64,000 nt of DNA from an uncultured delta proteobacterium (GTDB lineage Bacteria; Myxococcota_A; Polyangia; Fen-1088), in contig CAVWIP010000016.1 in NCBI GenBank assembly GCA_963755125.1, forward strand, positions 128,001 to 192,000, written 5' to 3'. The notes under the pieces were generated by a model that was given only the letters and a program-made list of their open reading frames with translations, was not told the DNA's origin and ran no database searches. A program made the position numbers and the translations under genes. Positions 9,068 through 19,345 of the stretch are shown here, in pieces (the stretch's first letter is position 1; every line of letters begins with the position of its first letter).

Positions 9068-10729
9068 GTGAGTACTCCCGCCCGCCTCGAAGATAACATT
9101 GGCTTTGCCTGTACCGACCTGCAGTGTCGGCTAGGGCGTGAGTCCGCGGTGGCCTTGCGCTGGCTGGGTTCGGACGGCGAGCAGAGTGATTTCACCTTCG
9201 GACAACTGGCCCGCGAGAGCTCACGATTTGCGGCAGTGCTGGCCAGGCTGGGTGTGGCGCCCGGTGCGCGCGTCTTCATCATGCTGCCCAAACTGCCCGA
9301 GGTGTTCATCGCCTTTCTGGGTGGCCTGAAGGCGCGCGCCGTGGTGGGTCCCTTGTTCGCCAACTTCGGTGACGAAGCGCTCTTGGACCGGTTGGGCGAT
9401 TCCCACGCCTGCGTCCTTCTCACCAAGCACAGCCTGCTAAAGAAGGTTCACCGCATCCGCGACCGGTTGCCCGACCTGCGCCATGTCCTGTTGGTCGACG
9501 TGGATGACCACCCCGCCGCCGATGTCCTGAGCTATCGCCGCCTAATGCGGGAAGCCTTGTCCGATTTCGTGGTGGCGCCCACTGCGCCAGAGACGCCGTC
9601 GATCCTCCACTACACCTCCGGCTCGACGGGCAAGCCCAAGGGCGTGCTGCACGTGCATGGGGCCTTGCCCACTATTGTGGGGACGACACGCGATGTTCTC
9701 GGCCTGGGGCCGGGTGACGTGTTCTGGTGCACGGCCGACCCGGGCTGGGTGACGGGGACATCCTACGGGATCATCGGGCCCTGGGCCGTCGGCGCCACCC
9801 AGGTCCACTACGGCGGCAACTTCGATGCTGGCGCGTGGATGACCATTCTCGAGCAGGAACGGGTCAACGTCTGGTACACGGCCCCGACCGCGCTGCGCAT
9901 GCTGATGCGGGAAGAGGCGTCACTCTGTACGGGCCGGCGCCTCGAATCTCTGCGCTGCGCAGCCAGCGTGGGCGAGCCGCTCAATCCTGAGATCACCTAC
10001 TGGGCCCGCCGCACCTTGGGCAAGGAGATCCACGATACCTGGTTCCAGACCGAGACCGGTGCCATCATGATCGCCAACCGACCCGGGCTGGCCGTGCGCC
10101 CCGGTTCCATGGGCAAGGTGGTCGACGGCGTTGAAGCCGTTATCCTGGACAGCACGGGCCAACCCCTGCCCGCTGGACAGCAGGGTCGGCTGTGCCTGCG
10201 TTCAGGTTGGCCCTCCATGTTTGCCCAGTACCTCAACCGCCCCGAGGTCTATGCCAGCCGGTTCCACGGCGAGTACTACGACTCGGGCGACATGGCGGTG
10301 CGGGACGCGGATGGTTACTTCTGGTTCGTGGGCCGCACCGACGACGTGATCAACACCTCGGGGCATCTGGTGGGCCCGTTCGAGATCGAGAGTGTCTTGC
10401 TGGAACTGCCCGAAGTGGCCGAAGCAGCCGCCGTGAGCGCGCCTGACCCCATTCGCTTCGAGAAGGTCGTGGTCTTCGTCTGCCTGCGCCCGGGTCAGTC
10501 CGCCTCGCGCGAGTTGGAAAGCCGCATTCGCCTGCACGTGGCGAACCGCATCTCGTCCATCGCGAGCCCCCAGGACGTCAGGTTCGTGGCCAGCCTGCCC
10601 AGAAACCGCAGCGGCAAGATCATGCGGCGGGTGCTGCGCGCGCGCTTCCTGGGCCAGGACGAGGGCGACCTTTCCAGCATGGAAACCTGGCACCCTGGGG
10701 ACATCGGCGATCGGCGCGAGCGAGTCTGA
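9068..10729 (+). CDS. acsA: Acetate--CoA ligase (AMP-forming acyl-CoA synthetase)
   Basis: YTSGSTGKPKG, WCTADPGWVTG, SVGEPLNPE, DTWFQTETG, RSGKIMRR. Confidence 0.9.
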   Translation: MSTPARLEDNIGFACTDLQCRLGRESAVALRWLGSDGEQSDFTFGQLARESSRFAAVLARLGVAPGARVFIMLPKLPEVFIAFLGGLKARAVVGPLFANFGDEALLDRLGDSHACVLLTKHSLLKKVHRIRDRLPDLRHVLLVDVDDHPAADVLSYRRLMREALSDFVVAPTAPETPSILHYTSGSTGKPKGVLHVHGALPTIVGTTRDVLGLGPGDVFWCTADPGWVTGTSYGIIGPWAVGATQVHYGGNFDAGAWMTILEQERVNVWYTAPTALRMLMREEASLCTGRRLESLRCAASVGEPLNPEITYWARRTLGKEIHDTWFQTETGAIMIANRPGLAVRPGSMGKVVDGVEAVILDSTGQPLPAGQQGRLCLRSGWPSMFAQYLNRPEVYASRFHGEYYDSGDMAVRDADGYFWFVGRTDDVINTSGHLVGPFEIESVLLELPEVAEAAAVSAPDPIRFEKVVVFVCLRPGQSASRELESRIRLHVANRISSIASPQDVRFVASLPRNRSGKIMRRVLRARFLGQDEGDLSSMETWHPGDIGDRRERV

Positions 10730-10832
10730 TCGCTCGGTCAACTAAACAGCCCGGCGCGTTTTCGGTTGGCTTCTGCGCCCTGACACGCTATCACTAACCG
10801 ACGGAAACAGGACTGGCGGAGGCTTCTTTCCC

Positions 10833-11768
10833 ATGCATCGAAAAAAGATCGCACTGATCGGCGCGGGCAATATTGGCGGCGAGCTCGCGGCCCAGGCGGC
10901 CCGACTCGAGCTGGGCGACGTCTATCTCTTCGACATCCCGGACAAGCTGGGCATCGCCCAGGGCAAGGCCCTGGACCTGGAGCAGAACGGCTCGATCCTG
11001 GGTTACGACGTGCGCATCGCGGGAACCTCCAACTGGGACGACCTGGCGGGCAGCGACGTGGCCATCGTGACCGCGGGCATACCGCGCAAGCCGGGCATGT
11101 CGCGCAACGATCTGCTGGGGGTCAACCTGCGCATCATTCGCAGCGTGGCCGAGAACCTCAAGGTGCAAGCCCCCGATTGTTTCGTCATCGTGATTTCCAA
11201 TCCGCTCGACGCCATGGTGCACGAGATGAAACGAGCCACCGGGTTTCCCCCTGAACGAGTGGTGGGCATGGCGGGTCAGCTCGATTCAGCGCGCTTTCAG
11301 CTCTTCATCGCGCGAGAGGCCGGCGTGGCAGTCAAGGACGTGCGCGCCATGGTGCTGGGCGGCCACGGTGAGACCATGGTGCCCGTGCTCAGCTACTGCA
11401 CCATCAACGGCATTCCCGTTCGCCAGCTCATCCCGCAAAACCGACTGGACGCCATCATCCAGCGCACGCGCGACAGCGGCGCCGAGGTGGTCAGGCTCAT
11501 GGGGTCAAGCGCCTACTACGCGCCTGCCTCAGCAGCCGTGCAGATGGCGCGTTCGTATCTCTACGACGAAAAGCGACTGCTTCCCTGCGCGGTGTACCTG
11601 CGAGGCGAGTATGGCGTGCACGACGTGTACATGGGCGTGCCCGCAGTCATCGGCGGCCGCGGAGTGGAGAAGGTGGTGGTCATCGAACTCGACGCCACGG
11701 AACGCCAGATGTTGGAGAATTCGGTCCAAGGGGTGCGCGACCTCATCGCCGCGGCCGAGAACCTGTAG
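10833..11768 (+). CDS. mdh: Malate dehydrogenase (LDH-like)
   Basis: IALIGAGNIG, TAGIPRKPGMSRNDL, SNPLD, LDSARF, GGHG. Confidence 0.95.
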   Translation: MHRKKIALIGAGNIGGELAAQAARLELGDVYLFDIPDKLGIAQGKALDLEQNGSILGYDVRIAGTSNWDDLAGSDVAIVTAGIPRKPGMSRNDLLGVNLRIIRSVAENLKVQAPDCFVIVISNPLDAMVHEMKRATGFPPERVVGMAGQLDSARFQLFIAREAGVAVKDVRAMVLGGHGETMVPVLSYCTINGIPVRQLIPQNRLDAIIQRTRDSGAEVVRLMGSSAYYAPASAAVQMARSYLYDEKRLLPCAVYLRGEYGVHDVYMGVPAVIGGRGVEKVVVIELDATERQMLENSVQGVRDLIAAAENL

Positions 11769-11784
11769 AGATTACGGCCCGACG

Positions 11785-14268
11785 GTGGCTTCATCCACTA
11801 GACGGTATCTGCCGACGCGTCTCGACCAGGGAATATTCCTACTAAGTTTCTCCGTGCTGCTGCTGGAGCTGCTGCTCACGCGCATCTTCTCGGTCGTCAT
11901 GTTTCATCATCTTTCGTTTGTCGCCGTGTCGCTCGCCATGACGGGCCTAGGCTTCGGCGGCCTGCTGGTCAACGCGGTCTCGGGCCGATTCCGTCGAGAC
12001 AACCTGGCTTCGGCCGCTTCCTTCTGGGCTACGGTCTTCGCCATCGGCACGGTGGCCGCGGGCGCCGTGGCTTTCCACATGCCGATAGGCATGGAGACCT
12101 CGGCGGAGAACTGGCTCAAGGTGCTGACGGTGCTCGGCTTTTGTCTGGTGCCATTCGCTGCCGGCGGAATAATCATCGCGCATTTGCTGTCGTGCCATGC
12201 CCAACAGACAAACCGGCTCTACTGTTTCGATTTGGTCGGCGCTGGTTTCGGCTGTCTGGCATTCATTCCGATGACCAACTGGCTTGGCGCGCCCACAGCG
12301 CTGCTTTTTACCAGCGCGGCTGCCGTGGTCGCCGGCTTCGTTCTCGCCGGCCCGGCGGCGCCGCGTCGGCGGGCGGTTTGCTTGACGGTTTTTGCCATCA
12401 TCGTCGGCACGGCCTCGGCCAATCTGGTATTCGAGTTCTATGACATCAAGTACGCGCACGGGGGACGGCAAGGTGAAGCGCTCGAACGCCGATGGAACTC
12501 GTTCTCGCGCGTGGAAGTTGCAGGCACAGCGCCGGACTTGTGGACGAAACGGGCGCCCGTCAGCTTCGGCTACAGCCACACGATCCAGGGCAAGCAGGCG
12601 CGAGAACTCTATCTGACCTACGACGCGGGAGCGCTCACGCAGATCGTCGGGTTTCGCGGCGATCTAGCAGAAGTGGACTACCTTCACTACGACGTTGCCT
12701 CGGCCGCGTATCATACAAGGCCGCAAGGCAGCGTGTTGGTTATCGGAGCAGGTGGTGGTCGCGACGTGCTGACAGCGCTCTCGGCGGGCGCCCAGCATGT
12801 CACCGGCGTGGAAATCAATGGCCTAACAATCGATCTGTTGCGCGGACCGTTCAAGGACTTCGTTGGCGGTTTGTATTCGGATTATCCGCGCGTGGACATC
12901 GTGCACGACGATGGGCGCAGCTACGTCCGCTCCACCCAACGAAAGTACGATCTGATCCAGGCGTCACTGGTCGACACTTGGGCTGCGTCGTCCGCCGGTG
13001 CGTTCGCGCTGGTCGAGAACAGCCTTTACACGGTCGACGCCTTTTCTGACTACCTGTCGCGGCTCGCACCCCAAGGTATGCTGTCGTTCTCGCGCTGGTA
13101 CCGCCAGCCGCCCGAGGAGGTGTTGCGCGTGGTTGTGCTGGGCAAGGAGGCGCTGCGCCGTCGGGGTGTCGCGGATGCCAGAAAAAACCTGGCGATTGTC
13201 CGCACGCGCACCGAATTGACAAAGGCTCCCTCGCTGGCGACCATCATCTTCAAGCTCAGCCCGTTTGACCCGGGCGAATGCGACGAGCTGCTGGCGTGGG
13301 CGAACCGAATGCAATTCGCCGTCGAGTATTTGCCGCCAGCAAGTGGTTGGCGCGGTAACAACCCGGTGATCGCCACGGTGATGGGCCCGCAGTCCGAGCG
13401 GTTCATAGCTCGCGCCGCCTACGACCTGTCCCTTGTCGATGACAATCGTCCTTTCTTCTTCGACCGCGTGCCACTGCTCGCTTGGCTGATGCATCGATTT
13501 CACATGAACACGATTTCCGCAGGGGCCGGCCAGCTAACCTTTGGAGGACAGACGCTGCTCATTGCTCTTGTGGCCACGGCGACATGCGCGTTTGCTCTCT
13601 TCCTCACACCGCTGCTCCTCGCGGGGTGGGCCGGGCGACGTGTGACGAAAACCCTGCCGGAAGCAGGTGCCCCAACTCTCGGCCGTTCTATCGGCTGGGC
13701 GGTCTACTTTGCCTGCCTTGGCTTGGGCTTCATGGCCATCGAAATCGTGCTGATACAGCGGTTCAACCTTCATCTCGGCGATCCGGTCTATGCGCTATCG
13801 GTGGTCATGTTCACCATGCTGCTGTCAAGCGGCCTCGGCAGTCACGTCGCCGGTCGCTGCCGAACGGTACTGACCCTTCCCGTGATTCTGACGTTGGTCT
13901 TAGGCTTGCTGGTGCTCTACGGATTTGCTTTGCCCAGAATCATCCATATCACCTTGGGCGCATCGACCGCACGACGTATTGTCGTCGCCATGGCGACCAT
14001 CGCTCCGATAGCCTTCATCATGGGGATGCCCTTCCCGACTGGAATGCGCCTGGCCGCGAAGGAATCGAACTCGCTGGTTTCTTGGGCTTGGGCGATCAAT
14101 GGCGGTGCCTCGGTCTTCGGCTCCGTGTTGACGGTGCTGATTTCCATGTCCTTCGGGTTTTCGAGCAGCTTTCTCGTGGGGACTTTCATCTATGGAATGG
14201 CGTTGACCTGCATCGTGCTGCTAGCACCCGCAAGCCAAGAGGGCGCGCCGAAGACCGCGATTTTTTGA
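11785..14268 (+). CDS. Multi-TM membrane protein with spermidine-synthase-like SAM domain
   Basis: N- and C-terminal TM bundles flank VLVIGAGGGRDV, VEIN, DDGRSYV, YDLIQ; start estimated at GTG 11785. Confidence 0.82.
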   Translation: MASSTRRYLPTRLDQGIFLLSFSVLLLELLLTRIFSVVMFHHLSFVAVSLAMTGLGFGGLLVNAVSGRFRRDNLASAASFWATVFAIGTVAAGAVAFHMPIGMETSAENWLKVLTVLGFCLVPFAAGGIIIAHLLSCHAQQTNRLYCFDLVGAGFGCLAFIPMTNWLGAPTALLFTSAAAVVAGFVLAGPAAPRRRAVCLTVFAIIVGTASANLVFEFYDIKYAHGGRQGEALERRWNSFSRVEVAGTAPDLWTKRAPVSFGYSHTIQGKQARELYLTYDAGALTQIVGFRGDLAEVDYLHYDVASAAYHTRPQGSVLVIGAGGGRDVLTALSAGAQHVTGVEINGLTIDLLRGPFKDFVGGLYSDYPRVDIVHDDGRSYVRSTQRKYDLIQASLVDTWAASSAGAFALVENSLYTVDAFSDYLSRLAPQGMLSFSRWYRQPPEEVLRVVVLGKEALRRRGVADARKNLAIVRTRTELTKAPSLATIIFKLSPFDPGECDELLAWANRMQFAVEYLPPASGWRGNNPVIATVMGPQSERFIARAAYDLSLVDDNRPFFFDRVPLLAWLMHRFHMNTISAGAGQLTFGGQTLLIALVATATCAFALFLTPLLLAGWAGRRVTKTLPEAGAPTLGRSIGWAVYFACLGLGFMAIEIVLIQRFNLHLGDPVYALSVVMFTMLLSSGLGSHVAGRCRTVLTLPVILTLVLGLLVLYGFALPRIIHITLGASTARRIVVAMATIAPIAFIMGMPFPTGMRLAAKESNSLVSWAWAINGGASVFGSVLTVLISMSFGFSSSFLVGTFIYGMALTCIVLLAPASQEGAPKTAIF

Positions 14269-14276
14269 GTCGTTTT

Positions 14277-16334
14277 CTAGATATCGGCCTGCGCCAGCGA
14301 GAACTTGTTGTTCTTCTCGTAGAGAATCTGGAAGCTGTCGCGCGATTCCGGTGGCAGGAGCCGCTTCACCTTCTCCAGTCGGCCTCGTTCGAAGAGCACG
14401 AACACGCGGTGGCCGCGGTGGGTCTTCACCCACTCTTCCATCTTCTCGTCGGCGTTGTCGGTGTCGAAGACCGTGCGATCCTCCTGCGGGCCTTCATAGA
14501 TCTCGTTCTTGGTATAGAAGGTTTCTCCCCGCCAGTACATGGAGTAAGCGATGAGCCGCTCGTCGGGCGAACGGCGGTGCTTGTAGTACTCGGCTATGGT
14601 CCCTTTCTGCGACCAGAAAGGCGCCACCTCCCGCATGAACACGTCCAGCAGAAACCAGGTAAAGAGCACGGCCGCCCCGCACAACCCAACCACAGCGAAA
14701 CGCAGTGACTTGCGCCAGGCCAGCGCCACCAGAGTGAGGCTGAACAGCACCGCGAAGACGATGAGGGGCGTGCGGAAGTCTAGTTCGCTGGGCCAAGGCC
14801 GCCCGGTCGGGCTGTGCACGTAGTCGTAGGAGAACAGCCACAGGAAGCGCTCGCTGGCATTCTTGGCGTTCACCAGGTCTGCCATCACCAGGAGCAAGAG
14901 CGGCACCCCAGGAAGAACTGCCAAGAACCCACGTCGCGCGTCTCGCCGGGTGCAGAGGTCGTCGAGGAAACACCCGATAACGATGCCCAGGCCAGGGATG
15001 GCGGGCATGACGTAGTGGTGAAACTTGGTCATGGACATGGACACCACGGCGTAGCCCGCCACGAACCAGATGGCGCCCAGCCAGTACACCGATTGCCGGC
15101 GCACGTCGTCCGCCTTGCGCATGACCATGGTGGCGACGGCAGCCGGGGCCAGGGCCACCCAGGGCAAGGTGCCGTAGCCCAGCTCGCGCAGGAAGTACTC
15201 GAACGAGCCCCGATCGCCGTGACGGCCCAGCATCATGCGCCGCCAGTGGTTGTCGCCGAACAGCTCATTCCAGAAAGCCCACCCGTGCCGCGCGATCATG
15301 GCATGGTGCCAGGGCGCCGCGACCACGACCACGACCACGATCGATAGCACCACCGCGGGCAGAAGCTGCGCGCGCCGCAGCCGCTTCCAGTTCCAGGTGA
15401 AGAGCAGATAGGCGAGAAAGATGATCAGGGGCAAGCCCAGGCCGGCGAAGCCCTTGGCCAGCACCGCCAGGCCGCATAGCATGGCCGCGATGTAAAGGTA
15501 AAGCGGGGCGCGGTAGCGAGCGCGGGCCGCAAAGAACAGAAACGCGGCCGAGCCGAGATAGTAGGGAATCATCAAGACCGCGCCGTACATCAGGACCTCG
15601 CCCTCGCCCCACGGCACCTTGACCTTGAGCTGAACCGAATCGACCAGCAATTGCGGCACCACGATGACCAGGAAGACGCCGAGGGTGGTGTAGAACAGCG
15701 GGTGATGGGGCCAACTCCGCCAACCGCGGCCGCGCCGAGGCAGCAACTCGTCGCGATCGTCGAGCAAGGCGAGCGTTCCCAGCGCCAGGGCCATGGTCAT
15801 GGGCCCTACAAAGGCCATGTCGGTCATGGCCTGACGAGCAATCAGGCTGAACATCGGGCAGGTTCCGGTCACGAGAGCCGCCAGGAACCCGGCCCGGCGA
15901 TTCACGAAACGCGACACGACCAAGTAAACGCCCCACAGCGCGAGCACGCCGAACAGGCAGAAAGGCACGCGCACCGCCCATTCGGTGCGTGAAAGCAAGG
16001 CCATCTCGCCTGGGTCGTTTCCGGGCAGGCCGATGCGCGCGATGTGCATGCCGATGCTCATGATCCAGAAGGTCAGCACCGGCTTCGACCAGAACACGTC
16101 AGCGTCGCGCGGCGATCCGGGCCACCACAAGCTGATGAAGTCGCCCCGCTTGGTCATCTGGCGCGCGACCTCCGAGTAGTGCGTCTCCCAGGGATCCCAC
16201 AGACCGTAAGTACCGGCGAACGGGATGTAGAGCAGCAGGCCGACCACGATCACGAGCAGGGTCATCTGCCGCTCGCTCAGGCGGTCGAACCAATTCACAT
16301 GGGAACCCTCAAGGGTGTTTTCTGCCGTGGTCAC
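14277..16334 (-). CDS. ArnT/PMT-like glycosyltransferase (GT-C fold)
   Basis: LWDPWETHYSEVARQM, KPVLTFW, ARQAMTD, LAKG, TKFHHY; many TMs; start may be GTG 16298. Confidence 0.88.
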   Translation of the reverse strand: MTTAENTLEGSHVNWFDRLSERQMTLLVIVVGLLLYIPFAGTYGLWDPWETHYSEVARQMTKRGDFISLWWPGSPRDADVFWSKPVLTFWIMSIGMHIARIGLPGNDPGEMALLSRTEWAVRVPFCLFGVLALWGVYLVVSRFVNRRAGFLAALVTGTCPMFSLIARQAMTDMAFVGPMTMALALGTLALLDDRDELLPRRGRGWRSWPHHPLFYTTLGVFLVIVVPQLLVDSVQLKVKVPWGEGEVLMYGAVLMIPYYLGSAAFLFFAARARYRAPLYLYIAAMLCGLAVLAKGFAGLGLPLIIFLAYLLFTWNWKRLRRAQLLPAVVLSIVVVVVVAAPWHHAMIARHGWAFWNELFGDNHWRRMMLGRHGDRGSFEYFLRELGYGTLPWVALAPAAVATMVMRKADDVRRQSVYWLGAIWFVAGYAVVSMSMTKFHHYVMPAIPGLGIVIGCFLDDLCTRRDARRGFLAVLPGVPLLLLVMADLVNAKNASERFLWLFSYDYVHSPTGRPWPSELDFRTPLIVFAVLFSLTLVALAWRKSLRFAVVGLCGAAVLFTWFLLDVFMREVAPFWSQKGTIAEYYKHRRSPDERLIAYSMYWRGETFYTKNEIYEGPQEDRTVFDTDNADEKMEEWVKTHRGHRVFVLFERGRLEKVKRLLPPESRDSFQILYEKNNKFSLAQADI

Positions 16335-16421
16335 GTGACATCCTGCACAGGAGGCAAGCCTACGTTTATCACATCACGGCCGAAACCAAACGGACACCAG
16401 TCTATACTTGCAGACAACCAA

Positions 16422-17411
16422 ATGAAGAAGCCGGTGCCTTTCATCCTGTGTCTTGCCTTCTCCATCGCTTTCAGGGCGTCGCCGGCCGTGTCGTGGGCGG
16501 CCCCACGGGTGGTCGCGCTGCTGCCGCCAACTGGAGACAACGTGGCCCCGACGATCTTGCAAGCATCACGCGATCTTCTGAAGGACCACCTGCAGCGTAC
16601 CGGCGTCTACACGGTCGTGGAGCCCACCGCTACGCCGAGCACGGAGGAACCGACCCCCGCGCAGGCGGCCAAGCAAGCGACTGCGCTCGGCGCCGAGCAG
16701 GCCATCGTCCTCCGCCTCATCCATTTCGGCACCTCGGCGCGCGTGCGGCTGACCGCATACGCGGCCAGCACAGGGCAGGTCGTCTACTGGGACAGCATCG
16801 TGATTTCCGGCGGCCCGGAGGAACTGGACACCGTCATCCAGCGGCTGGTTCATGCCATGCTGATCGGCAAGCCGGTTCGCGACAGCGCGGAAATCGACAC
16901 CGTGACCGACAAGGAGACCAACAACCTCGCTCGACGCACGGCCAACAAGTCGTTCGGCCTTCACTTGTTCACCTACTTGCCATTCAACACAGCAGGCGGC
17001 TCGATGACCGCTCTTCCGGGTGGCGGGCTCTTCTGGCTGTACGACGCGCGTTCGTGGATGGCTGATGTGGCTGTCGACGTGGGAGTCGCGGACAGCCACG
17101 GATCCTACGCCGCCTCCATAGGAGGGTACTATCCCCTGCTGCGCGAAGATTTCACGCCGTACCTGGGCGGCGTCGTGCGCTGGGCGTACATGAATCTCGG
17201 AGGCCAAGGCGCCAGTGGCATCGCGCTGCAGCCGACTGTCGGTGTGCTCCTAGGTCGACTTTCGTCGGTGCAGCTCCGCGCCGAGGTTGGCTACTTCATC
17301 AATACCTTTGGCGAGCGCGAGAACTACCCGATGGACGTCACGAGCCCCACCGCCGAGCCACCCAAGCACTACAGCCACGGCTTCATGCTCAACGTCGGCC
17401 TCGGGTTCTAG
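16422..17411 (+). CDS. Secreted protein with TolB-N-like domain and C-terminal beta-barrel
   Basis: Signal peptide, VVALLP, C-terminal strands ending NVGLGF. Confidence 0.7.
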   Translation: MKKPVPFILCLAFSIAFRASPAVSWAAPRVVALLPPTGDNVAPTILQASRDLLKDHLQRTGVYTVVEPTATPSTEEPTPAQAAKQATALGAEQAIVLRLIHFGTSARVRLTAYAASTGQVVYWDSIVISGGPEELDTVIQRLVHAMLIGKPVRDSAEIDTVTDKETNNLARRTANKSFGLHLFTYLPFNTAGGSMTALPGGGLFWLYDARSWMADVAVDVGVADSHGSYAASIGGYYPLLREDFTPYLGGVVRWAYMNLGGQGASGIALQPTVGVLLGRLSSVQLRAEVGYFINTFGERENYPMDVTSPTAEPPKHYSHGFMLNVGLGF

Positions 17412-17443
17412 CAACTTCGTTCCAGAGGCAAGGATCGAGCCCC

Positions 17444-18595
17444 ATGTCGGTTTCTCCCAAGGTGATCCTGCGCAAGAACCTGGGACGTGCCCTGCGCCAG
17501 GGTCATCCCTGGGTCTTCCGCGACGCACTGGCCGAGTCACCATCCATGGCAAGTGGAACCGTCGTTGCGGTGGCCGGGCATGACGGCAGGATTTTGGCCC
17601 ACGGCTACTGGGATGCAGCCGGGCCCATCGCGGTGCGTGTGCTCGACCTGCAGCCCATGCGCGACGCACGCGCGCTGGTCCGCGATCGCCTACACCAGGC
17701 CCTGACCAAGCGGCTGGCGCGCCTGGAGCGCAACACGACCAACGCCTTTCGCTGGGCCCACGGTGAGGGCGACGGCCTGCCGGGAATTCACGTCGACCTG
17801 TACGACCAGGCGGCGGTGGTGCGTTTCGACGGCGCAGGCGCCCGCCCGTTCTACCGCGATCTCGATCGCCTGCTGGCCGAGTGCTCGGCCCCACTGCGCC
17901 TGTCACGGGTCGTGGATCGCGAACAGCGCAGCGGCGAGCTGGGCGAGATCGAGGTACGCGAGAACGGCATTCGCTTCATCGTGGATTTGGGCCGCGCCCA
18001 GAAGGGCGGGCTGTTTCTCGACCAGCGCGAGAACCGGCAGGCGATGGCGGGTCACGCGGCTGGCAAGTCGGTGCTGAATCTCTACGGCTACACGGGCGGG
18101 TTTTCCCTCTACGCCGCGGCAGCAGGCGCTGCCCATACTGACACCGTGGACATTGCCAAGCCGGCGCTGGCGACGGCACGCCGCAATTTCCAGCTCAACC
18201 GTCTGTCGCTGGAGCATGCCGATTTTCACGCCATGGATGCGCTGGAGTTTCTCGCACAGGCGGCCCAACGCCAACAACAGTGGGACATCGTGATTTCAGA
18301 CCCGCCCAGCTTCGCGCCGTCGCGACGCGCGCTGCCGGCCGCTCGGCGCGCCTACGCTCACCTGCATCGCATGGCCGCCACCGTGGTCGCGCCCGGCGGG
18401 CTGCTGTGCGCGGCTTCCTGTTCCAGCCATTTTCCGCGCGACGAGTTTCTCGCCAGTGTGGAGCGAGGCGCGGCGGCCGCAGGCCGCAGATTTCGGCTGG
18501 AATCCGTGATCGGCGCCGGATTCGACCACCCTGCCCTGCCCGCCTTTCCCGAGGGCGACTACCTGAAATTCGCCATCGGGCGGGTAGTCTGCTGA
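17444..18595 (+). CDS. rlmI: Class I SAM-dependent rRNA methyltransferase (RlmI family)
   Basis: PUA-like GHPWVF, EGDGLPG, QKGGLFLDQRENR, VLNLYGYTGGFS, DPPSF, ASCS, EGDYLK. Confidence 0.88.
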   Translation: MSVSPKVILRKNLGRALRQGHPWVFRDALAESPSMASGTVVAVAGHDGRILAHGYWDAAGPIAVRVLDLQPMRDARALVRDRLHQALTKRLARLERNTTNAFRWAHGEGDGLPGIHVDLYDQAAVVRFDGAGARPFYRDLDRLLAECSAPLRLSRVVDREQRSGELGEIEVRENGIRFIVDLGRAQKGGLFLDQRENRQAMAGHAAGKSVLNLYGYTGGFSLYAAAAGAAHTDTVDIAKPALATARRNFQLNRLSLEHADFHAMDALEFLAQAAQRQQQWDIVISDPPSFAPSRRALPAARRAYAHLHRMAATVVAPGGLLCAASCSSHFPRDEFLASVERGAAAAGRRFRLESVIGAGFDHPALPAFPEGDYLKFAIGRVVC

Positions 18596-18757
18596 CATGG
18601 GAACCCTCAAAGGGTTCCCAAACCCTCCCGCCATGGCGCGCGGCGAGCAACGCTCGCCGCCTCCCCACGCGACCAACATGGGAACCCTCAAAGGGTTCCC
18701 AAACCCTCCCGCCATGGTGCGCGGCGAGCAACGCTCGCCGCCTCCCCACGCGGCCAA
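18596..18757. repeat. Two tandem 81-bp palindromic REP-like units
   Basis: Units start at 18596 and 18677 and are nearly identical; hairpins TGGGAACCCT-CAA-AGGGTTCCCA and GCGGCGAGC-AAC-GCTCGCCGC. Confidence 0.9.
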
Positions 18758-18820
18758 CCGGCTCTATCCCTGTTGCAGTCGCGCGCGCGGACGCCTAGTC
18801 TTTTGCGCCCAGGAGTTCCC

Positions 18821-19249
18821 ATGGCTACAGAACGCACCTTCGCCATCATCAAACCAGACGCCGTCGCGAAAAACGCCATCGGCGGCATCATCACCGCCAT
18901 CGAAGCCGCTGGACTGCGAGTCATCGGCCTGCGCCTTTTGCGCATGAGCCAGGTGCAAGCTGAGGGCTTCTATGGAGTACACCGGGAACGCCCGTTCTTT
19001 CGCAGCCTGGTCACCTTCATGACCTCGGGTCCTTGCGTGGTCATGGCCCTGGAGGGCGACAACGCCATCTTGCGCTGGCGCGAGTTGATGGGCCCGACCG
19101 ATTCCAGCAAGGCGCCGCCCGGCACCATACGCGCAAGCTTCGGAACCAACATCGAGCGCAACGCCGTACACGGCAGCGACGGCCCGGACACCGCTCGCTT
19201 CGAGCTCGGTTGGTTTTTCGCTGGCTCCGAATTGGGTCTGCCCCAGTAG
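18821..19249 (+). CDS. ndk: Nucleoside diphosphate kinase
   Basis: [36 protein letters not shown]. Confidence 0.97.
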   Translation: MATERTFAIIKPDAVAKNAIGGIITAIEAAGLRVIGLRLLRMSQVQAEGFYGVHRERPFFRSLVTFMTSGPCVVMALEGDNAILRWRELMGPTDSSKAPPGTIRASFGTNIERNAVHGSDGPDTARFELGWFFAGSELGLPQ

Positions 19250-19345
19250 CCAAGATCGAGCCCGCGAACTGCGCCGCGCAACGCGCGACATCCATCTCCT
19301 CATTCGGGCCGGCGTTGCGCCGATCCGCGGCTATACTCCCCGCCG

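Noticed and set aside
11368..11784. N-terminal extension of the 966-aa ORF overlapping mdh
   Set aside because: Off-frame overlap with mdh; protein-like sequence begins after the mdh stop
18596..18757. Possible CRISPR array
   Set aside because: The whole 81-bp unit repeats, so there are no unique spacers; only two units and no cas genes
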